A stretch of 64,000 nucleotides of DNA. Origin: an uncultured Gammaproteobacteria bacterium (GTDB lineage Bacteria; Pseudomonadota; Gammaproteobacteria; DRLM01). A program made the position numbers and the translations under genes. The stretch covers positions 1-64,000 of the forward strand of contig CAVSNY010000005.1 in the NCBI GenBank assembly GCA_963729605.1, in the 5' to 3' direction. Of the stretch, positions 41,866-53,150 are shown piece by piece (within the stretch, counting starts at the first letter, position 1; the number at the start of each line of letters is the position of its first letter). Under the pieces are notes generated by a model. It searched no databases, had not been told where the DNA came from, and worked only from the letters and a program-made list of their open reading frames with translations.

Positions 41866-42756
41866 TTACCCGCCGTTTAAGCTCGCCGTGAGCCCTTTGA
41901 GATAGCGGGCGAAATCTTCCTTCAATACCGGATGACGGAGGGCGTATTCCACGGTGGCCTCCAGGTAACCCAGTTTATCGCCGCAGTCGTAGCGTTTGCC
42001 GGTGAACTGGTAGGCCAGCACCTGCTCTTCCATCAACAAGCGTGCGATGGCGTCGGTGAGCTGGATCTCGCCACCCGCGCCGCGCGGGGTGGTTTCCAGC
42101 AGATCGAATATCCGCGGGGTGAGAATGTAACGCCCCACCACCGCCAGGTTGGACGGGGCGTCCTGGGGCCGGGGCTTTTCCACGATCCCCTCCAACAGGC
42201 CGAGCCGCTCTTCCATCGGCACCGCTTTGCAGATGCCGTATTTATCAGTCTCGCTGGGCGCGACTTCCTGCACCCCCAGCACGCTGCACTTGTGGGTGTT
42301 ATAGATGTCGTGCATCTGCCGCAGACAACAGGGGCCATCGACCGCGATCAAATCGTCGGCCAGAATCACCGCGAAGGGTTCGTTGCCGACCACTGCCTTG
42401 GCGCACAACACGGCGTGACCGAGACCCAAGGCCTCGGGCTGGCGCACGTACACGCAGGACACCCCCTCCGGCACCACCTCGCGCACGATGCTCAACAGCT
42501 CCTGTTTACCGGCGCGCTCCAGCTTGTCTTCCATTTCGTAGTTTTTATCGAAGTGGTCTTCGATAGCGCGCTTGCTGCTGCTGGTGACGAAGATCAATTC
42601 CGAAATACCCGAGGCAATGGCCTCTTCCGCCGCGTACTGAATGAGCGGCTTGTCGACGATGGGCAACATTTCCTTGGGATTGGCCTTGGTGGCGGGCAGA
42701 AAACGGGTGCCCATGCCGGCCACGGGGAAGACAGCTTTGCGCAATTTCAGGGTCAT
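41866..42756 (-). CDS. galU: UTP-glucose-1-phosphate uridylyltransferase
   Basis: [40 protein letters not shown]. Confidence 0.96.
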   Translation of the reverse strand: MTLKLRKAVFPVAGMGTRFLPATKANPKEMLPIVDKPLIQYAAEEAIASGISELIFVTSSSKRAIEDHFDKNYEMEDKLERAGKQELLSIVREVVPEGVSCVYVRQPEALGLGHAVLCAKAVVGNEPFAVILADDLIAVDGPCCLRQMHDIYNTHKCSVLGVQEVAPSETDKYGICKAVPMEERLGLLEGIVEKPRPQDAPSNLAVVGRYILTPRIFDLLETTPRGAGGEIQLTDAIARLLMEEQVLAYQFTGKRYDCGDKLGYLEATVEYALRHPVLKEDFARYLKGLTASLNGG

Positions 42757-44648
42757 GCGTTGTACCTGTTGAGATGAATGACGTTCTCATGCGCCGCATC
42801 GACGAATGCCGTGCGGATCTTTTCGTCGGCGGCCCACAGTTCGGGCACCAATTCCTGCAACAATAGGCGCTGCGCATCCTGATCATAGGCCTGGCAGGCC
42901 TCATCCATTTTCTCCATGAGGCGATTCAGGCGCTCCCATTCCATGGGTGACGAATGGGCGAGCAAGATTTTATCGTTGGCGGTTTTACTGAGCTGCTCCT
43001 GAGAGTAGAACAATTCTTCATAGAGCTTTTCACCTGGACGCAAGCCGGTGAAGACGATGTCGATATCCTTGCCCAGGGTTTTGCCGGACAGCCGGATCAG
43101 CTGTTCGGCCAGATAACGGATCTTGATCGGCTGCCCCATCTCCAACACGAATATTTCGCCGCCCTCGCCCATGGCCGCCGCCTGCATGATCAATTGGCTG
43201 GCCTCCGGCAGCGTCATGAAATAGCGGGTGATGTCGGGGTGGGTGACCGTCACCGGGCCGCCGGCGGCGATCTGCTGCTGGAACAGCGGCACCACGCTGC
43301 CCGCCGAACCCAGTACATTGCCGAAACGCACGGTGATGAAACGGGTCTGGGAACGGCGGCTGAGGGCCTGACAATACAATTCGGCCACCCGCTTGCTGGC
43401 ACCCATCACATTGGTGGGGTTCACCGCCTTGTCGGTGGAAATCATCACCACGGTCTCCACGCCGAACTTATCCGCCGCCAAGGCCACGATGCGCGTACCG
43501 ATGACGTTATTGCGCACCGCCTCGCGTGGTTGTTCCTGCAACATCGGCACGTGTTTGTAGGCCGCCGCGTGGAACACCACCTGCGGCCGGTGGCCGTTGA
43601 ATACGTAGTCCACCGCGGCGGGATCGGTAATGTCGCCCAGATGGGCGCTCATGATCAATTCCGGAAAGTTACGCCGCAGCTCGAACTCGATGCTGTAGAG
43701 GTTGAACTCGCAACGTTCGAAGATCACCAATTGGGTGGGTCCCACCTTCGCGATCTGACGGCACAGCTCCGAACCGATGGAGCCGCCGGCGCCGGTCACC
43801 AACACGGTCTTGCCTACCAGCGCGGCGCTGATCTGCCGCCAGTCGAGGGCGATGGGATCGCGGCCCAGCAGATCTTCCAAAGCCACTTCACGCAATTCCA
43901 GCACACTGGCGCGTTCCAACATCAAATCATCCAAACGCGGCAGGGTACGGAACGGCAGGCCGGCCTGTTCGCAGCGCTCCACTACCCGCCGCATCTCACC
44001 GGCATTGGCGGAGGGAATGGCGATGACTATGATATCCGCCGCCACCTGGGCGGCGACCGCGGGCAGTTCGTCCACCGTGCCCAGCACCGGCAGGCCATGC
44101 ACCTTGGCGCCCCGCAGGCGCCGCTGATCGTCGACGAAGCCGATGGGCAGATAGTCATCATCGCGGTGCATATCGCGAGCCAGCATTTCACCGGCACGCC
44201 CGGCGCCGACGATCAATACTCGCTGCCGTCCCATCACCTTGCTGATATTCAACCGGTAATCCTTCCACAGCCGGTAAAGCGCGCGCGGGGCGCCCAGCAG
44301 GAAGATCAGCAACAAGGGGTACAACGCGAAACTGGCGCGAGGAATACCGGTGAAGCGATTGATGAGAAACAGCACTAACCCCGCGGCCAGCACACCGAGC
44401 AATACAGCGCGGATGATATTCCACAGATCGGGGAGGCTGGCGAAACGCCATACGCTGCGGTAAAGCCCGAAGCGCCAGAACATAAAGCCCTGCGCGATGA
44501 GGACCACCACCAGGCTCTTGCCCATGGCCAGCCATTCATTCGGCCCCATCGCGAAGTTGTAACGGATCAAATAAGCGAACAACCACGCCAGCGCGACCAT
44601 CCCCAGATCATGGAGAATAACCGCGGCTCGAAGAGTGAAGGCTTTCAT
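42753..44648 (-). CDS. Membrane-bound UDP-sugar 4,6-dehydratase (WbpM/PglF/CapD-like)
   Basis: Four TM segments, [33 protein letters not shown]. Confidence 0.93.
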   Translation of the reverse strand: MKAFTLRAAVILHDLGMVALAWLFAYLIRYNFAMGPNEWLAMGKSLVVVLIAQGFMFWRFGLYRSVWRFASLPDLWNIIRAVLLGVLAAGLVLFLINRFTGIPRASFALYPLLLIFLLGAPRALYRLWKDYRLNISKVMGRQRVLIVGAGRAGEMLARDMHRDDDYLPIGFVDDQRRLRGAKVHGLPVLGTVDELPAVAAQVAADIIVIAIPSANAGEMRRVVERCEQAGLPFRTLPRLDDLMLERASVLELREVALEDLLGRDPIALDWRQISAALVGKTVLVTGAGGSIGSELCRQIAKVGPTQLVIFERCEFNLYSIEFELRRNFPELIMSAHLGDITDPAAVDYVFNGHRPQVVFHAAAYKHVPMLQEQPREAVRNNVIGTRIVALAADKFGVETVVMISTDKAVNPTNVMGASKRVAELYCQALSRRSQTRFITVRFGNVLGSAGSVVPLFQQQIAAGGPVTVTHPDITRYFMTLPEASQLIMQAAAMGEGGEIFVLEMGQPIKIRYLAEQLIRLSGKTLGKDIDIVFTGLRPGEKLYEELFYSQEQLSKTANDKILLAHSSPMEWERLNRLMEKMDEACQAYDQDAQRLLLQELVPELWAADEKIRTAFVDAAHENVIHLNRYNA

Positions 44649-44661
44649 GGATGATGAATTA

Positions 44662-45693
44662 TCAGGACTGCGTTTTTCCAAAACGATGCTGAATCGCTCT
44701 CCATACGAACCCACCCAGGAGCACCACCCCCGGTATGGCAAGGCCCATCCACATTGGATGGCGCGCGACAAGCCAGGCTATCGGCGCCAACAACACAAGA
44801 TTCACCAGTAACACGCCGCTCGTCACTCTCGCATGAGAAAATCCGAGTTGTATCAAGCGCTGATAAGCATGCGTGCGGTGCGCATTATACCATTTCTCCC
44901 CGCGAATTACCCGATTCAATAGGGTAAAGGTGGCATCCAACACGAACACCGCGAGTAATATCATCCAAACCATCAACGGCACGGCAGCGGCCTTCTCGCT
45001 GGCCAGGGCGAGCACCGCGAAACAATATCCCAGCAAACCGCTGCCCACATCGCCCAGGAAAATCGTGGCCGGCGGCCAATTCCACCACAGAAACCCGCCG
45101 CAGGCCGCGGCGAACAAGGCCGTCACCAACGCCAATTCCACCGCCCCGCTCAACCATAGCAAGCCCGCCGCCGCCAGCGCAACCGTCACCGCCTCGCCGG
45201 CGGCCAGACCGTCGATGCCATCCATGAAGTTATAGAGGTTGATCAACCACACCACCCCGATCACCGCCAGCACGTGGCCCAGCCAACCCAGCGGCAGTGT
45301 GATTTGTCCCAGATTGATACTCGGAAATCCGCCCAAACAAAACACCGCCCACAGCGCGGCGGCGAAATGCACCAGGATCCGCCAGCGCGCCGCCACGGGA
45401 CGGTGGTCGTCGAGCCAGCCGACACCGGCCACCAGCAACCCGCCGCCGATCAAGGCGGCGCTCAATGACGCGGGCAGGATATCGAGCATCACCAGCAAAG
45501 CCACCGCCGATAAAAACACCACGCCGACAGCCAAGCCCCCACCGCGCGGCGTCGGCATCACATGGGAACTGCGCTCATTGGGAACATCGAGTAAGGAGCG
45601 CAGGGCGTATCGGCGCACGACGGCGGTCATTAGAAGCGAGGAAACGAAGGCGAGACAGAGGATGGCGGCACTCAAGGGCAGTGTGATCATCAT
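44662..45693 (-). CDS. Initiating phosphoglycosyltransferase (WbpL/WecA/MraY family)
   Basis: NERSSH..PTPRGGG, NLYNFMDGIDG, FLGDVGS, HRTHAYQ. Confidence 0.93.
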   Translation of the reverse strand: MMITLPLSAAILCLAFVSSLLMTAVVRRYALRSLLDVPNERSSHVMPTPRGGGLAVGVVFLSAVALLVMLDILPASLSAALIGGGLLVAGVGWLDDHRPVAARWRILVHFAAALWAVFCLGGFPSINLGQITLPLGWLGHVLAVIGVVWLINLYNFMDGIDGLAAGEAVTVALAAAGLLWLSGAVELALVTALFAAACGGFLWWNWPPATIFLGDVGSGLLGYCFAVLALASEKAAAVPLMVWMILLAVFVLDATFTLLNRVIRGEKWYNAHRTHAYQRLIQLGFSHARVTSGVLLVNLVLLAPIAWLVARHPMWMGLAIPGVVLLGGFVWRAIQHRFGKTQS

Positions 45694-45901
45694 GACAGAA
45701 ATATGTGGCCCAAGAGTTCACCTATCCACGAAATCACACCAAGCCAGCCCTCGAAGCGCCAGCGATCTTCGTTGCTAATGCGGCGGGCCCATGACAGCGC
45801 CAATTGACGCGATGATACGAGACAAGCAAAGGTGGCTGCAATAACCGTGGTGAGATGCCCGGCCCCACGCTCCACAGGCAATCAGCTCGACAGCACCAAG
45901 C

Positions 45902-46777
45902 TCATGACGGCAGGTCCTCGGCTTCAAGCCGGAAGGGTCTCGGGGAGAAACCCAAATCCCGGGTCGCCTCGGCATGATCAAACACCAAATCACGATTCAT
46001 CCGTTCCGCCATCGCTATCGAGCAATGTCGATAGCGCGGTAACAAACGCAGACATTTTACGGCAACTCCAAAACTCCACAGCGGCACACTCAACAGCAAT
46101 GGCCGACGCCCCAGGGCGGCAAAAACTCTGTTAACCATCTCACGATAAGTCAGCGTTTCACCGCCTGAAAGATTATACGCACGAGACGACGCGCTTTCAG
46201 TTTCCAACGCGGCAAGACAAGCCCCCGCCACATCCTCGGCATGCACCGGCTGACGTAGTCCAGTGGCCCGACCCAGCAAGGGGAAGAATTTGAATCGGCG
46301 TATGAAGCGCGCAATCTCGGCAATGTTCTTGTCACGCCCCCGGCCATAGATCAGCGTGGGCCGGAGGATCACATACTCGACACCATTTTCATCCGCCCAC
46401 GATTGCAGGCGCGCCTCACACGCGGCCAAACGCCGAGCAACGGTTTGTTCCTCACTATCGGAGGAATCCTCCTTGGTAAATCGGCTGGTGGAGGACAGCG
46501 CCACGACACGCCGCGCACCGGACGCTTTCAGCCAGTCGAAGTAGTCGGGCAGCACCCAGATCGGTGCGACGCAGATCCAATTTCCAACCCCCTCTCCCCT
46601 GGCGTGAGAGGGTTGGGGAGAGGGGGCAATCTGTTTCCAGACTATATCCGGCCCCATCCGATCAACATGCCGCCGCGAAAACGCGGTCACTTGCCACCCG
46701 GCCCGAACCAACAACGGCAACAGGAATTCCCCGACTAAACTCGTCGCCCCAAGCACTCCAATTCGCCGTTCATCCAC
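45902..46777 (-). CDS. NAD-dependent epimerase/dehydratase family protein
   Basis: GATSLVG, LRPTLIYG, PVHAEDVA, YNLSGGE. Confidence 0.85.
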   Translation of the reverse strand: MDERRIGVLGATSLVGEFLLPLLVRAGWQVTAFSRRHVDRMGPDIVWKQIAPSPQPSHARGEGVGNWICVAPIWVLPDYFDWLKASGARRVVALSSTSRFTKEDSSDSEEQTVARRLAACEARLQSWADENGVEYVILRPTLIYGRGRDKNIAEIARFIRRFKFFPLLGRATGLRQPVHAEDVAGACLAALETESASSRAYNLSGGETLTYREMVNRVFAALGRRPLLLSVPLWSFGVAVKCLRLLPRYRHCSIAMAERMNRDLVFDHAEATRDLGFSPRPFRLEAEDLPS

Positions 46778-47729
46778 GAGTCAAACCCAAGCGGCGCCCC
46801 GCGTGACGCATGCCGTGATAAGACGCCAACACCGCGAAACGCGACCACACCCCCACCGCCACCAGCCACATCAGTGCACCGGGATATTGATCGCGGAAAA
46901 ACTTGCGGTAAAAACGCATCATGCCCTTGTGCTTATGCCATTCCACGAATACCGGGCGCGACTTGCTGCATGCACCTTTATAATGTATCACCTTAGCATC
47001 CGGCACGAATATGATCTTCCAGCCGTTCTGCCGAAAACGCATGCACCAGTCCAGATCTTCGCAATGTAAAAAATAGCCTTCATCCCAAAGGCCCACATCT
47101 TCCACAGCCTCACGCTTAACCAACATGCAGGCGCCGGAAATGGCCTCGACCTCGACCGGGTGCAAGGGTAATGGTTGCTTGTGCAGATGATAATCAAAAA
47201 ACAATGTTGGCCAGCGGCTTGAAAAGCGATTCAAACCCAAAACCCGTACCAAGGACCGCCATGGCGTTGGGACAGCTCGACGTCCGCCTCCCTGCTCAGA
47301 ACCATCTTGATTGACCAGCAACCCTCCCACCATTCCTATTATTGGATCAGATTCCAAAACCTCTAACAATTCGGAAACTACTCCAGTATCCAGCCGGCAA
47401 TCAGGATTTAGAAACAACACGAAATCTCCCCTAGCTTGGGAGAAACCGATATTACAAGCGGCGGCAAAACCAATATTGGTATCGTTTCGAACGATACTGA
47501 GCCGTGGTTCATCGGCAAACTGTCGCGCACAGTTTTCGATACTCGAATCGTCAGATGCATTATCAACAACCAGAACTTCGCTCACCTGGGGCAAGGCGGA
47601 GCTGACACAGTCAGCCAGGAGTGGTCCGGCGTTGTAATTAACAATGATGGCTTCGCAATCAGACGAGGAGACCAGTTCCGGCAAATCGAGCCTCCCATGA
47701 GTTATTTTCTCTGAATGCATGAATTTCAC
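46770..47729 (-). CDS. GT2 glycosyltransferase (WbbL-like); start uncertain
   Basis: IIVNYN, VDNAS, GFAAACN, LNPD, SGACML, EDLDWC. Confidence 0.9.
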   Translation of the reverse strand: MKFMHSEKITHGRLDLPELVSSSDCEAIIVNYNAGPLLADCVSSALPQVSEVLVVDNASDDSSIENCARQFADEPRLSIVRNDTNIGFAAACNIGFSQARGDFVLFLNPDCRLDTGVVSELLEVLESDPIIGMVGGLLVNQDGSEQGGGRRAVPTPWRSLVRVLGLNRFSSRWPTLFFDYHLHKQPLPLHPVEVEAISGACMLVKREAVEDVGLWDEGYFLHCEDLDWCMRFRQNGWKIIFVPDAKVIHYKGACSKSRPVFVEWHKHKGMMRFYRKFFRDQYPGALMWLVAVGVWSRFAVLASYHGMRHAGRRLGLTRG

Positions 47730-48768
47730 TTACCTCTGCCTGATATGTCAGTGCAACGTCAATTAGTGTATTAACCTTATTAACATTCTCAAGCTGGTCA
47801 ATATGAAATACGCCGGGTTCATTCTTGTGAAACCGCATTTCACCAAATGAAGATGAGATCACAGGCAAGCCCAGTGCACGATATTCGTAATACTTAATGG
47901 GATCGACGGATTCAGTCAGTCGAGTTTGCTTGAATGGGATCAGCCCAACATTAAATTCCTGCATGGCGGCAATCGCAGCGTCATGTGCACATGGCGGCAA
48001 AACCTCCACATTTTCAGGAAGGCTGTCTGGTGCTGGAGAAAACACAGGGCCAATTAGCCGAACTTGCGTCGTGGGTCTGGCTCGTGCAATAGAAAACACC
48101 AACTCCCAATCAAACCACTGCCCAATCGTGCCGACATAGCCGAGAATCTCGTGCGGTTTTGGCTTCAGAATCTCATCAACTGATGGAAGCATTTCTACGT
48201 CGCATGCATTTCGCACGAGCGAGACATTTTTCTTCTCTCCCCAACGCGCAAACAATTGAGTTGAAGAGACCCAAACCTCTGATACGCCATCGACGGTCAG
48301 ATTTTCTCTTTTCGCCATAGCAGCGCGGGACAGTCCATTGTAAAAGGCCGGAAAGTCATCCATGGCATCATAAAAAGAACGCTCAAATTTACCTGCTGAT
48401 AGCAGTCGCAAGGCCATTTCTGAAGGTTTGCCAATACCAAGGATAGTTGGGCCTTTAGACAAGATTATTTCCACTGCCTCGAAGATATCCGTCCAAAGAA
48501 GCCTATTGATAACACCAGATGCGGGGAATGGCTCAATGGGGAACGCGCGGGGCCTAATGACCGTAATTCCATTGGCAGGCGCATCATATTCTAACGAAGC
48601 GCCGTCTCTTCGACGACCAATGTCATCCCACACAGGTAGCCGCGTCGGGTAGGGATCAATCCACAACACATGGCCGCCAGTCTTACTCTGAAACCACTCA
48701 ACAAATTTATGTGGTCGTTGAGCAAAACTGCTCCATGGTACCGGCGAAAGATAAACCAACTGCATCAT
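47659..48768 (-). CDS. GT-B (GT4-like) glycosyltransferase
   Basis: QRPH, YDAMDD, GYVGTIGQWFD, DPIKYYEY. Confidence 0.85.
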   Translation of the reverse strand: MMQLVYLSPVPWSSFAQRPHKFVEWFQSKTGGHVLWIDPYPTRLPVWDDIGRRRDGASLEYDAPANGITVIRPRAFPIEPFPASGVINRLLWTDIFEAVEIILSKGPTILGIGKPSEMALRLLSAGKFERSFYDAMDDFPAFYNGLSRAAMAKRENLTVDGVSEVWVSSTQLFARWGEKKNVSLVRNACDVEMLPSVDEILKPKPHEILGYVGTIGQWFDWELVFSIARARPTTQVRLIGPVFSPAPDSLPENVEVLPPCAHDAAIAAMQEFNVGLIPFKQTRLTESVDPIKYYEYRALGLPVISSSFGEMRFHKNEPGVFHIDQLENVNKVNTLIDVALTYQAEVSEIHAFRENNSWEARFAGTGLLV

Positions 48769-49868
48769 GCAAAGTGCTCTCGCAGCACATTCACAATTCG
48801 TTCCGCAGCGCGACCATCACCATAGGGAGAAATTCCCCGTGCCATTGCCCGATACGCTAGCTCATCGTCCAACAGTAGTTGTGCTTCTTCCACAATCCGG
48901 TCGTACTTGGAGCCAACCAGCTTTACCACACCCTGCTCAACGGCTTCAGGGCGTTCAGTTTCATCCCTCAATACCAGCACAGGTTTCCCTAAGGCAGGCG
49001 CCTCTTCTTGTACCCCCCCTGAGTCACTGATGATCAGGTACGACAGCTTCATGGCAGCAACAAACGGAGCGTAATCCAGTGGTTCACAAAGGTGAATGTT
49101 CGGACAACCTCCCAGCATCTCATAGGCCACTTCCTTCACATTTGGATTAGGGTGTACCGGATAGAGGAACTGAACATCCGAATTACGCGTCGCCAGCGTA
49201 TGTAATGCCCGACAGATATTGCGGAACGGCTCGCCAAAATTTTCACGGCGATGAGATGTAATTAAAACAAGTCGCTTCTCAGGATCCATCTCAATCCCCA
49301 GTTCCAAACTTCTAGCAGCTGCCATCAGGAGCGCATCGATCACGGTATTACCGGTAACAACAATATCCTTGTCCGGAACACCTTCACGGAGCAGATTTTT
49401 TCGTGAGTTAACCGTCGGTGCAAAGTGCCAGCGAGCCAACCTACCAGCAATCACACGATTCGCTTCTTCCGGAAAGGGGTTCTGCATATCCCAAGTGCGC
49501 AAACCCGCTTCAACATGACCAATAGGGATCCTATGATAGAAACAGGCCAGCGCCACGGCCATCACCGTGGTGGTGTCACCCTGGACAAGAACCACATCAA
49601 GCTTCTCGGCTTGCAACACATCATCCAAATCAAGAAGCAGACGAGCAGTCAGCGTGGTGAGCGCCTGATTGGGCCGCATAATATCGAGATCGATGTCCGG
49701 TTCGATCCCGAAGAAGCTCAACACTTGGTCCAGCATGTGGCGATGTTGGGCGGTAGCAAGCACACGAACCTCGACCCATGGCTGCTGTTTCAAAGCAAGA
49801 ATAACTGGGGCCATTTTTATTGCTTCGGGGCGCGTACCGACAACACACATTATTTTCTTTGTATCCAT
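48765..49868 (-). CDS. wecB: UDP-N-acetylglucosamine 2-epimerase (non-hydrolysing)
   Basis: GTRPEAIKMAP, QGDT, HVEAGLR, HRRENFG, DSGGVQEE. Confidence 0.96.
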   Translation of the reverse strand: MDTKKIMCVVGTRPEAIKMAPVILALKQQPWVEVRVLATAQHRHMLDQVLSFFGIEPDIDLDIMRPNQALTTLTARLLLDLDDVLQAEKLDVVLVQGDTTTVMAVALACFYHRIPIGHVEAGLRTWDMQNPFPEEANRVIAGRLARWHFAPTVNSRKNLLREGVPDKDIVVTGNTVIDALLMAAARSLELGIEMDPEKRLVLITSHRRENFGEPFRNICRALHTLATRNSDVQFLYPVHPNPNVKEVAYEMLGGCPNIHLCEPLDYAPFVAAMKLSYLIISDSGGVQEEAPALGKPVLVLRDETERPEAVEQGVVKLVGSKYDRIVEEAQLLLDDELAYRAMARGISPYGDGRAAERIVNVLREHFA

Positions 49869-49870
49869 CT

Positions 49871-51460
49871 TTAAGTTTGACTCAGTTCCATCGCTAACAT
49901 CCGACCAATTCGGTCCGCATTTGCCATTATTGTTAAGGTGTGAGATTTCTCTGAAAGAGTTGGTAGGCAAGCTCCATCGACAATAAAAATCCCGTCAAGC
50001 CCCTCAACCTCCCCACGCGGCGACGTCTCCCCGGGCGACGGCGACTCTCGCATCGGAAGAGTGCCCGCATAGTGGATATCGCCCCCAGGACGGCCAATCG
50101 TAAAACTGCCCGGAAGTAACACGGCACCCAGGCTTAAATATGCCTTGCGTAGCTTCTTGGCGGCCTCATCCATAAGTGGCGAGACAGTATCGCAATATTT
50201 ACCCGTCACGCCTAGGGAAGCATCCGTCTGTAATTCGGCCACCGCAGCAGTCAAATGGCCTGGCAGGAAAAGATTCCCCACTACACAAGAACTCAATAGC
50301 CCACGCAGCAGATCAATACCATACCGCCGACGAAGTGGCACGTGCCGCACGAACTCCGATAACGAAATACCTGTCGTTGCAAAGGTGGAGCCAAAAGCGG
50401 TGGTGCTGTATTGGATATCCAATGAGAAAGACAATTGCCCCAATCCAAACCCAGGCGACCTCGAAACACCTAGTAAGCGCGGTATCCAAAGCAAGAACGC
50501 AGCAGTCGGGCATGATAGCAAGGGAACGGGACGCCGGTGATTCAAGGTTTTTAACACTATTCGGGTAGTAGCCAGTGTGCCGGCGGCCAGAACAATCTTG
50601 CTTGCAGAAATCGATCTTCTCTCGCCGTCTGAAGTTGTTTGACCCACTACAGCCCGATAGCCGTCGTAACGGGTCAACCCATCCACTACAAAGCCAGAAA
50701 GTTCGCTAAAATTTTCATGCTTGCGGAGTTCTGGTAGATCGTCTGTTGAGGAATACATCGAGCGCCTCCGGCATCCCCATAAGCAGTTCCCTGAGAGATT
50801 ACAGGCCTGACGACCAGCTACGTCTTCACTTAGCACAGCAACTCTCGACCGCCCTAGCCTGAATCCAAGTGAATTAAGTTTTATTCTGCAGTTCAAATAC
50901 CTCTGAGATAGGTATGTATGCAGCGCATCCAACGGTATCGGCGGTTGCGAGTATTCATCTAGCCCGAAGTAGTCTGACATATCATCATCAACTCCGCCGC
51001 TGATGCCCATTCGTTGACTGATCCTTGCATAAGAAACATCTAGCTCAGTTGCGGAAAATGGAAAATCAGCCATTTCTTCAGCAGAAAAACGCGCAACACC
51101 ACACCCCCAGGCATTTGACAATCCGCCTGTCGCCAACGAACCAGCCGTGATGAAATTTTTTCCTACGACTTGGTTTCGTACCTCGAACTCTTCAAAAGCA
51201 TAGGCATGCGAAGGCGCCCGCAGCTTAGGCGAAACAGCATCACGCTTTTTCAGTGCATGAAAGTCCTCGCCGACCATCCACTTCCACTGCTCAGCATCAT
51301 GCGCACGCGCCGAAAGAAAATCCTTCTCTAGTGGCAGCACGCCGGACTGCTTGCCCCCATCCACCATTAGCACCTGCAAGCCAGCCTCGACCAGCGGGAA
51401 GGCTGCCGAGACACCTGCCGGACCACTGCCGACCACGATGACATCAAAGTCAGGATTCAC
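49871..51460 (-). CDS. GMC-like FAD oxidoreductase
   Basis: VVGSGPAG, GGLSNAWG, C..C..GC, LAAGTL, HYAGT, TIMANA; GTG start overlapping upstream stop. Confidence 0.85.
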   Translation of the reverse strand: MNPDFDVIVVGSGPAGVSAAFPLVEAGLQVLMVDGGKQSGVLPLEKDFLSARAHDAEQWKWMVGEDFHALKKRDAVSPKLRAPSHAYAFEEFEVRNQVVGKNFITAGSLATGGLSNAWGCGVARFSAEEMADFPFSATELDVSYARISQRMGISGGVDDDMSDYFGLDEYSQPPIPLDALHTYLSQRYLNCRIKLNSLGFRLGRSRVAVLSEDVAGRQACNLSGNCLWGCRRRSMYSSTDDLPELRKHENFSELSGFVVDGLTRYDGYRAVVGQTTSDGERRSISASKIVLAAGTLATTRIVLKTLNHRRPVPLLSCPTAAFLLWIPRLLGVSRSPGFGLGQLSFSLDIQYSTTAFGSTFATTGISLSEFVRHVPLRRRYGIDLLRGLLSSCVVGNLFLPGHLTAAVAELQTDASLGVTGKYCDTVSPLMDEAAKKLRKAYLSLGAVLLPGSFTIGRPGGDIHYAGTLPMRESPSPGETSPRGEVEGLDGIFIVDGACLPTLSEKSHTLTIMANADRIGRMLAMELSQT

Positions 51461-52740
51461 GAAACACTCTTTGCCCGCACCATGCACAAACGAAGCATTG
51501 GAGAGACAAATACACGCGTCAGTCGCCAGAATGCCTCGCCCACCAGTGCAATCATTATCAAAAGCATGCTATGTGGCAGCCCATGCCTGCGGCCAAGTCC
51601 CAGAAAGCGGCCAGCCCCCGCCGGACTTGCCTCGGCCAGCATGGTCGCCGCGTCCAGTCGCCAGATGAATTCCTCACCCGCAGCGGCATCAGACCACGAT
51701 GCCTTGCTGAGCAGCGACAACAGGATCGGATAACTCAGAAAGATTCTGGGCAATCCGAATTCTCGCCCCCCACGCAAGGCTTCAATGGCTCGCACGTAAC
51801 GGCGCAACACGGCACTACCCGGCTGTGCTTTCAATATATAAATCAACAGTGCTTGCCCCTCACGCAACAATCGCCTTCTTCTATCATTACCAGACGGGTG
51901 CAGCCCGGTCGGTAAAGGACGCAGCGTCAGTCCGAGTTGATTGAGATCAGATGCAGTTGCCATTACTGGCAGATCAAATAGTGAACGCAAGCGATCTAGT
52001 CCCAGCCGTGCTCGCCATGTCGCTCCTAGCAGAGCAACAAAAAAATTGATAGCCACGACTGGCACAGGCACAAAAACGCGTCTGGAACGCAGACGTGACT
52101 TTGCAATTTCACTAAGAAAGATTGAAAAAGAAATGGGTACCGATGTCGCAAGATAATACACGACGGACTGAACTTCACCCCGCTCGGCAATGCGGAGCAA
52201 GCCCTCTGCAAGATCATCTACATGTATAGGTTGCACTTGGGGTGCAGGCATGAACGCCGGCAACAACGGCAATTTCTGCACGATCTTAACCAGCGTACCG
52301 TACAGCCCGCGCAATTCGCCGCCATAAACCTGCCCAGGTCGAATCACACAGCCCCCGGCAGACAATACATCGTTCTCAATACGCCATTTGATCCGCCCAT
52401 AGGCAGTAGGTGCATCAGCGCGCGCCGTCTGGCTAGATACAAAAATAAATCTCGCGCCCGCTTTGTGGGCCGAGTTGATTAGCCTTTGTGCAGCGGCCAC
52501 CTCGCCGACCTCATCCAACGAATTGCTTTCCCCTGTATTCGCTGCCAAATGCACAACGACATCCGTACCCGCAGGCAGTGCAACAACTTCACTTGAGGCC
52601 AGATCAAAATGAAGCCATGATGCGCCGGAAGATGCTGGCTGCTGGCGAGATGCCATTACGACATCGTATCCTCGCTCAACTGCCAAAGATGTAAGGCTGT
52701 TACCGATATAGCCAGTGGCACCGGTTATCACCATTCTCAT
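51457..52740 (-). CDS. Extended SDR / NAD-dependent epimerase with C-terminal extension
   Basis: TGATGYIG, HLAA, YGRIK, QPIHVDDL. Confidence 0.85.
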   Translation of the reverse strand: MRMVITGATGYIGNSLTSLAVERGYDVVMASRQQPASSGASWLHFDLASSEVVALPAGTDVVVHLAANTGESNSLDEVGEVAAAQRLINSAHKAGARFIFVSSQTARADAPTAYGRIKWRIENDVLSAGGCVIRPGQVYGGELRGLYGTLVKIVQKLPLLPAFMPAPQVQPIHVDDLAEGLLRIAERGEVQSVVYYLATSVPISFSIFLSEIAKSRLRSRRVFVPVPVVAINFFVALLGATWRARLGLDRLRSLFDLPVMATASDLNQLGLTLRPLPTGLHPSGNDRRRRLLREGQALLIYILKAQPGSAVLRRYVRAIEALRGGREFGLPRIFLSYPILLSLLSKASWSDAAAGEEFIWRLDAATMLAEASPAGAGRFLGLGRRHGLPHSMLLIMIALVGEAFWRLTRVFVSPMLRLCMVRAKSVS

Positions 52741-53150
52741 AAACCGGCTCCGGCAGAGTCTGTTTTCTTCAACTGAGTCTGCTGTCTGGCAAAAATGAAA
52801 TGCTTGCTAAGCAAGTAGGTCAATCCGACACAAATGACATCTGCAATGAACTTTACTGTAACTGGCTTGGGAATCCACAACAGCAACAATGCAAGAATCG
52901 CCGAAGCAACTGGCACATTCAGCGCCAGAAGTATAACATACCGGATGGCCTGCCCCCTTGCAGCAGAACCTTCAGTAACACGAAATGTGAAGTGCCTATG
53001 CGCAACGAAAGCAAAAAGACCAGCTGTAAGTTTGGCCACGATATTGGCCCCAACAGGCCCGACCGCGCCTGTGAAAAGCACAACCAAGAACATACCCATA
53101 TCAATGCCATAGGCCAGCAGCTGAATTGCGATGTAGCGGAGAAAAGTCAT
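52737..53150 (-). CDS. GtrA-family lipid-linked sugar translocase
   Basis: Small, four TM segments, HRHFTF and KHFIF motifs. Confidence 0.85.
   Translation of the reverse strand: MTFLRYIAIQLLAYGIDMGMFLVVLFTGAVGPVGANIVAKLTAGLFAFVAHRHFTFRVTEGSAARGQAIRYVILLALNVPVASAILALLLLWIPKPVTVKFIADVICVGLTYLLSKHFIFARQQTQLKKTDSAGAGL

Noticed and set aside
47659-47729. 71-bp overlap between two glycosyltransferase genes as programmed recoding
   Set aside because: More simply explained by a later start codon for the GT2 gene; no slippery site is evident.
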